Assembly (NCBI GenBank): GCA_050123235.1
Contig: JASFHL010000006.1
Location: forward strand, 1,707-65,706
Length of the DNA: 64,000 nt
Source: Candidatus Woesebacteria bacterium
Lineage (GTDB): Bacteria > Patescibacteriota > Microgenomatia > UBA1400 > PJMF01
Reading direction: 5' to 3'
This document shows, in pieces, positions 59,148 to 64,000 of this stretch; the first letter of the stretch is position 1; each line of letters opens with the position of its first letter. The position numbers were made by a program, and so were the translations under genes. The notes under the pieces are model-generated. The model had not been told where the DNA came from and made no database searches. It saw nothing but the letters and a program-made list of their open reading frames with translations.

Positions 59148-59290
59148 AAAAATTGGGATTTACTCATTTAATCACAACTTAGAGTAATAAGACAACTCTA
59201 CTGATGAATTCTTCTACGAGAGTTATTCCTCGGAAGAATGGACTAGTCGATTCATCGACTTGATAGAAAAAATGTTCAAGTAGCTAAAAT

Positions 59291-59323
59291 ATGCGGGTTA
59301 GCGCCAGCCCGCATGTTTTTTTT
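59291..59323. terminator. intrinsic terminator ATGCGGG-loop-CCCGCAT + T8 (AUUUU on the other strand), directly downstream of the isochorismatase-family gene
   Basis: 7-bp GC-rich stem, 10-nt loop, then a T8 run. Confidence 0.6.
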
Positions 59324-59330
59324 CATTAAT

Positions 59331-59948
59331 CTAGTTAGTCCAAATTTTTAAAATTTTATCCAATGCTAGTACATCTCCAAAATAGCGTTGAATATTTTTA
59401 AGAGATATACGATGTGATTCCTGACTATTAGAAGCCACACATTCTTGAGGCACCACTACAAAATAACCCTTATGATAAGCATTGCGTATAGTTGTTTCTA
59501 CACATGCGTTAGTTTTCACTCCAACTACAATCAAGCTTTTAATTCTTTTTTTCTTCAAATATGAATCAAGCTCTGTATTATGAAAGCTACAATAATTATG
59601 CTTAACTACTATCTTGTCTTTTTTTGCTGGTAAAACCCCCACCATTTTTGTACCTTCAGTACCTTCTAGAACACAAACATTTTTTTCTTGTTTCTCTTTT
59701 TTACTAAACCTATATCTGCCCACCTCATTTCTATATTTAAGACCATCAATCATTTGAGTGAAGATTATGGGAGTGTTTTTTTGACGAGCAACTGATACTA
59801 ATTTGCGGATTGGCCTCAGTATAGCTTGCATGCTAGCGATATTTTGACCAGATTTAGCTAATTTACCATCATCGTCAATAAAGTCCTTTTGTAAATCAAT
59901 AACTAGAACAGCAGTATGTTTAGGATTTAGGATGTTTTGCAATTGCAT
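59331..59948 (-). CDS. isochorismatase-family cysteine hydrolase
   Basis: AVLVIDLQKDF and VVGVKTNACVETT (catalytic Cys) motifs. Confidence 0.8.
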   Translation of the reverse strand: MQLQNILNPKHTAVLVIDLQKDFIDDDGKLAKSGQNIASMQAILRPIRKLVSVARQKNTPIIFTQMIDGLKYRNEVGRYRFSKKEKQEKNVCVLEGTEGTKMVGVLPAKKDKIVVKHNYCSFHNTELDSYLKKKRIKSLIVVGVKTNACVETTIRNAYHKGYFVVVPQECVASNSQESHRISLKNIQRYFGDVLALDKILKIWTN

Positions 59949-59964
59949 ATTCTTTTACTTACTG

Positions 59965-60049
59965 CGGAAGGGGTGGGATTCGAACCCACGAGGTCCCGAA
60001 AGACTCCGGTTTTCGAAACCGGTGCAATAGACCGCTATGCGACCCTTCC
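59965..60049 (-). tRNA. tRNA-Ser (anticodon CGA), class II with long variable arm
   Basis: Reverse complement folds with acceptor GGAAGGG/CCCUUCC, anticodon arm CCGGU-UUCGAAA-ACCGG and T-arm GUGGG-UUCGAAU-CCCAC. CCA is not encoded. Confidence 0.85.
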
Positions 60050-60062
60050 TCTTCTCCTTTTA

Positions 60063-60701
60063 TTATACCTTTTTTATGGAATGTTCATTGAGATGCATGA
60101 TTAAATCAGCAATTGTTTTCAAAGTTAAAAAAAATAATAGTGGACCATTACCTTCAGCCACCTGCCCAAAAATAATAATGATGTGCATCGGAATTATGCG
60201 AGCATAGGGTTCAAACATTACCTTAGCAATATTTTTCTTTTGTTCTTGATCTTCAGTTTTATTAGTAAAATAAGAAAAAAGGTGATTAAGAAAAAACATT
60301 GCTAAAACAGACAAACCAGCGCTTATTTTAATAAACAGTAAAGATGGAAAAATAAAAATTAGATAAACAAAGTGAAAAAAACCATAATGAAAAAGAAAGA
60401 AAAATGCTATAGTTCTTTTTGTTTCTGCATTGGGTTCAATCTTTTTGCCATTAAGCAGAACCCTATCGGTGGTGAAATACTTTAAATTGATAATTTTAAA
60501 AAATTGAAAAATACCAATAATTACGCTCTGTCCCCAATAGACAAAAAGCAAATCTCCCAAGCTCCATCTTTGATAAAGGGCGATAACTATAGTGACAATA
60601 TTGACTAATAACAAAGCCAAAGTGGAAGGATGGAATAATGAAGCCAATAGATTTCTATTAGCTTGAAGACGAATTGCGCTAGAGTGGTATTGTAATTTCA
60701 T
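60063..60701 (-). CDS. hypothetical polytopic membrane protein
   Basis: ORF with multiple TM helices, flanked by the two tRNAs. Confidence 0.35.
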   Translation of the reverse strand: MKLQYHSSAIRLQANRNLLASLFHPSTLALLLVNIVTIVIALYQRWSLGDLLFVYWGQSVIIGIFQFFKIINLKYFTTDRVLLNGKKIEPNAETKRTIAFFFLFHYGFFHFVYLIFIFPSLLFIKISAGLSVLAMFFLNHLFSYFTNKTEDQEQKKNIAKVMFEPYARIIPMHIIIIFGQVAEGNGPLLFFLTLKTIADLIMHLNEHSIKKV

Positions 60702-60715
60702 AAAATAAAAAAAGA

Positions 60716-60792
60716 TGGTGCACCCGACACGATTCGAACGTGCGACCTACAGTTCCGCAAACTGTTGCTCTATCCAGCTGAGCTACGGGTGC
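60716..60792 (-). tRNA. tRNA-Arg (anticodon reads GCG), CCA encoded
   Basis: Reverse complement is GCACCCGUAGCUCAGCUGGAUAGAGC..ACAGU-UUGCGGA-ACUGU..GUUCGAAUC..CGGGUGCACCA. The 5' half is nearly identical to E. coli tRNA-Arg. Confidence 0.85.
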
Positions 60793-60963
60793 TTAAAAAA
60801 AAGATTTGTCGCAAAATCTGCGCTTTAGCTTGGGGGTTAAAACAACAAGACCCTGCGACAAATCTAATATATTGTAATCTGGAGGAAAGATTAAGACAAG
60901 TTTATTCGCCTTTTTAAAAATATCCAAAAATGCAGTTTATTGCGGAATTTTTATCCGCAAGAA

Positions 60964-61416
60964 TCATTGAGCCTCTTCTTTACTAAACAATCCTACTAGC
61001 TCCGTACTTTCTAAGACATGCCCTTCCATGGCTTTTTTTAAATCTGCTTTTTCTGCTTCATTATCTAAGTCTAAAACTGTATCAAGAGCAAAAAGTTTAA
61101 AAAAATAGCGATGGGTGCCAGAAGGAGGACATGGGCCACCATAATCAGTTTTAAAAAAGCTATTCACACCAGCCACAGCAGCTTTAGGTGTAGTATTTTC
61201 TTCAATCTTAGCTACCTGAGGAATATTCCACAGCAACCAATGCACCCAATCTCCTGCTGGGGCATCAGGATCATCAACTATTAAAGCTAAACTTAGAGTT
61301 CCTTCTGGAATCCCTGATATTTCTAAAGGTGGGCTGATATTTTCACCCTTACAGCTATATTTTGGAGGAATTTGACCATTATGAATAAAAGCTGGGCTAG
61401 TAAGAGTCAGAGGCAT
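60964..61416 (-). CDS. YbhB/YbcL PEBP-family protein
   Basis: IVDDPDAPAG...WVHWLLWNIP PEBP signature. Confidence 0.8.
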   Translation of the reverse strand: MPLTLTSPAFIHNGQIPPKYSCKGENISPPLEISGIPEGTLSLALIVDDPDAPAGDWVHWLLWNIPQVAKIEENTTPKAAVAGVNSFFKTDYGGPCPPSGTHRYFFKLFALDTVLDLDNEAEKADLKKAMEGHVLESTELVGLFSKEEAQ

Positions 61417-61477
61417 ATTGATCCTTCAATACTTTTTACTAATTTCATTTTAGCAAAAAAAAATGTAAATTATCTAT

Positions 61478-61744
61478 ATGAAAAGAGGCCCTGTTATTTT
61501 CAATCAAGCAGAAACTAATTTAATTTTGCAATCCTTGGCAACTAATACAGAAAACCAGCTACTGATTAGTAAATTACAAGCCACGTTACAAGCAGAAACA
61601 GACAGCAACTATCTTTTACTAAGTGAAGAAGAATTAGAACTAATCATTGATAATTTACCTGCCCCGACTGCCAATCAAGATCCTAATTTAAATAGTTTAA
61701 GACAAAATATCCAAACTCAGCTCAGTAATTTGCGGAACAATTAA
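61478..61744 (+). CDS. hypothetical small protein
   Basis: ORF only. 3' end overlaps dgkA on the opposite strand. Confidence 0.25.
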   Translation: MKRGPVIFNQAETNLILQSLATNTENQLLISKLQATLQAETDSNYLLLSEEELELIIDNLPAPTANQDPNLNSLRQNIQTQLSNLRNN

Positions 61745-62114
61745 AAAGTGCTAATATTTTAGGCAAAAAGATAGCCAGGCCAATCATCGCCGCTGCAATC
61801 GCCACTACTAAAACTGCTCCAGCAGCTGCATCTCTAGCTCTGGTAGTAGAAGAATAAGATAAGTTTAATTCATCACGTAGAGTATTAGCCAATTCTTCCA
61901 CTGCTGTGTTTACTAGCTCAGCAGCCCAAACTATGGCAATTAAAATTAATACTATAAACCAATCATATTTAGAAATAGAAAAAAATAGACCAGCCTCCAG
62001 TACCAAAATAGTCATCACTCCGTGAAACTTCATATTTCTCTCTTTAAAACCAGAAACTATCCCTCGAAAGGCATAGATAAAAGCTTTGAAAAACTTTTTT
62101 GTCTTTTTACGCAT
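61722..62114 (-). CDS. dgkA: diacylglycerol kinase / undecaprenol kinase (DgkA family)
   Basis: Three TM helices and the AAELVNTAVEELANT catalytic-helix motif. Confidence 0.7.
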   Translation of the reverse strand: MRKKTKKFFKAFIYAFRGIVSGFKERNMKFHGVMTILVLEAGLFFSISKYDWFIVLILIAIVWAAELVNTAVEELANTLRDELNLSYSSTTRARDAAAGAVLVVAIAAAMIGLAIFLPKILALFNCSANY

Positions 62115-62154
62115 AATAAGCCCTATTTCAAAATTGAACTTACTACATTATAGA

Positions 62155-64000
62155 TCAAAATAAACCCAATTGACTACTTTCTTTTTTCTTTTTTTGTTGC
62201 CATTTTTTTATTCTAATTAATGTTTCATCTTCCAGTTCTATAAAATCATCATTGGTAAAATAATTTTTAAAAGAAGAAACTTGACTTTGTTTTTTATTTC
62301 TTTTTTCAGTATTGATTAAATAAAGTCCTTTTTTAGCTCGTGTCATGGCTACATAAAGCAATCTTTTTTCTTCTGCTAATGCTGCTTTATCTTTTAATTT
62401 TTTGGAAAAAGGAATTAGACCTTCTTCAAAGCCACAAATAAAAACATAATCAAATTCTAAACCTTTAGCTGCATGCATTGTCAGTAAAGTAACTTTATCA
62501 ACATTTTTATCATAGTAGTCATGTTCTTTTAGAGAATCAAGAAAATTGATGAATTTCAATAAAGACTTTTCTTCTTGGTCAAAAGCAGTTACTATTGATT
62601 TAAATTCATAGAGATTCTTTATTTTTTTGACTTTGCTGGCTGATTTTTCTTCAAGATTAAATTTACTGATAATCAAATCAACTAAAGCTGCTAAAGAAAA
62701 TTTACCTTCACCAATATTTTTCTTAAATTGGAGTTCAATTGTTGCTAAATTTGCTAAAAAGTCAGCTAATAAAGTTGCTTGTTTTTTACTTAATAATTTC
62801 TGATTAATGATTTTTCCTGCTGATTTATGAATAGAAAAATTAAGATCTTGAGCTAGTTGTCTGATTTTAGTGACTGTTTTTTTACTGAGTGCTGAATATT
62901 TTGACTCTAGTAAATTGTTAAATAGTTCTTCTCTATCAATCTGCTCAACCTCTTGACTGTTTAAAAACCTCAAAAAATCAGTAATGAACTTAATTTCTGA
63001 CTTCTCATATAAAGATCTGCCACCTACTATTTGATAAGGAATCCCTGACTCATCAAATTTATTTTCCAAAGCGTGACTCAAACCATGAATACGGTAAATA
63101 ACTGCAAAATCAGCAAATCTAGCTTGCTGCTCACTAGCCTGAAGTTCACTTGCCTCCTGAAAATCAAGGCCACCAACTTTTTGGCTGATGCTTTTTAAAA
63201 TCCATTTTGCTTCACTATATTCATCATAGGTTTTAATTAGCTTTACTTCACTAACAATTTTCTGTTTAGCTTGTAATTTTAGTTTCTTTTTAAATAAAGA
63301 TTGACTTAAATTTAAAATCTCTGGGCCAGAACGATAATTATCTTGTAAATTAATTTCTTGAAAATTTGGAAAATCTATTTTAAATTGATCAAAAGCATGA
63401 GCATTAGCGCCTCTGAAGGAATAAATCGCCTGCCTAGGATCACCAATCACTACTAAATTATTTTCTTTATTAATTAATGATTTAATAAGCTGATATTGAA
63501 TATTATTAGTATCTTGATATTCATCAATTAATAAGTAGCGATATTTTTTTCTTAGCTTATGCAACTGTGCTGATGCTAGCTGTTGATTTTTATTTTTATC
63601 AGCATCAGAATTAAGAATTTCTAAAAAATTTACTAACAGATCATCAAAGTCTAAGAGTTTTCTATTTTCTAATTCAGCTTGATAACTCTTAATTAATTTG
63701 TTTATCACTGGCTCAAGATCGGCTTCATTTAAACTTAAATTTTTCCAACGAGAAATTAACAAAGATAACTCTTTTGCAGAGAATCTGCTGAAATCCTGAC
63801 TTAATCTTTGATTTTGCACAATCTCTTTAATTAATAGGACTCTATTTTTTTTAGAAATTAAAGATAAAGGTTGATCTGTTGTGCTTAAAAAGCGATGGGC
63901 TAAAGCATGGAAAGTGGTAACTAAAGGTAAATTTTTTTTAACTATAGAAAGTTGCCTCAACCTATCTTGAATCTCTAAAGCTGCTTTTTTAGTAAAAGTT
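62155..64000 (-). CDS. UvrD/PcrA/Rep-family ATP-dependent DNA helicase, C-terminal part (N-terminus beyond window end)
   Basis: DEYQDTN (motif II), TFHALAH (motif III) and VAMTRAK (motif VI). ORF runs open to the window edge. Confidence 0.85.
   Translation of the reverse strand, partial: TFTKKAALEIQDRLRQLSIVKKNLPLVTTFHALAHRFLSTTDQPLSLISKKNRVLLIKEIVQNQRLSQDFSRFSAKELSLLISRWKNLSLNEADLEPVINKLIKSYQAELENRKLLDFDDLLVNFLEILNSDADKNKNQQLASAQLHKLRKKYRYLLIDEYQDTNNIQYQLIKSLINKENNLVVIGDPRQAIYSFRGANAHAFDQFKIDFPNFQEINLQDNYRSGPEILNLSQSLFKKKLKLQAKQKIVSEVKLIKTYDEYSEAKWILKSISQKVGGLDFQEASELQASEQQARFADFAVIYRIHGLSHALENKFDESGIPYQIVGGRSLYEKSEIKFITDFLRFLNSQEVEQIDREELFNNLLESKYSALSKKTVTKIRQLAQDLNFSIHKSAGKIINQKLLSKKQATLLADFLANLATIELQFKKNIGEGKFSLAALVDLIISKFNLEEKSASKVKKIKNLYEFKSIVTAFDQEEKSLLKFINFLDSLKEHDYYDKNVDKVTLLTMHAAKGLEFDYVFICGFEEGLIPFSKKLKDKAALAEEKRLLYVAMTRAKKGLYLINTEKRNKKQSQVSSFKNYFTNDDFIELEDETLIRIKKWQQKKKKESSQLGLF

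Noticed and set aside
59148-59290. Possible plus-strand sRNA ending at the 59291-59323 terminator, with nested inverted repeats (GATGAAT/ATTCATC, TTCTTC/GAAGAA).
   Set aside because: The terminator is adequately explained as the bidirectional-style terminator of the minus-strand isochorismatase gene, which ends 10 nt away. The inverted repeats are more simply a tspO leader element, so I made no separate RNA call.
1-64000. Alternative genetic code (UGA recoding as in Gracilibacteria/SR1-type lineages).
   Set aside because: TGA terminates well-supported genes (e.g. the 37594-37596 end of the UbiA-like gene, and tatD). Long genes are not fragmented by TGA. The standard code 11 fits.
1-64000. 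CRISPR arrays, insertion sequences, integrases, prophage genes.
   Set aside because: No direct-repeat/spacer periodicity, transposase, integrase or phage structural signatures are seen anywhere in the window.

Overview
The window is AT-rich, gene-dense bacterial chromosomal DNA that reads with the standard code (TGA, TAA and TAG all used as stops). The gene content suggests a small-genome, possibly CPR/Patescibacteria-like organism; this is inference only. Most of it is housekeeping genes: mutS-mutL, secDF, rseP, frr, dnaX-ybaB, ybeY, gltX, aspS, metG, tatD, glmS with a glmU-like gene, trxA/trxB, dnaG, iscSU, gdhA, and two tRNAs. Interspersed are an envelope-glycosylation cluster, a membrane-anchored serpin, and many hypothetical secreted or membrane proteins. 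I found no CRISPR array, IS element or prophage.

The non-routine signals are:
- A CsoR/RcnR-family repressor gene sits immediately upstream of trxA-trxB. Its promoter carries an ATACCCCC-N-GGGGGTAT operator, and a second copy of that operator lies in the promoter of a gdhA gene that has two cysteine-rich insertions.
- A ~70-nt 3'-UTR-like repeat carrying an invariant 14-mer occurs three times: after iscU, after a DUF4230-like gene, and after trxA. The trxA copy is additionally flanked by perfect 32-bp inverted repeats.
- Bacterial-type AspRS lacks the GAD insertion domain and instead carries a C-terminal YbaK/ProX-like deacylase domain.
- A GalU-like gene is split by a single in-frame TAA.
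- A 790-bp protein-poor region contains a strong terminator, long hairpins and a small ORF with a strong Shine-Dalgarno site.
- A second long inverted repeat spans the tatD / glycosyltransferase junction.
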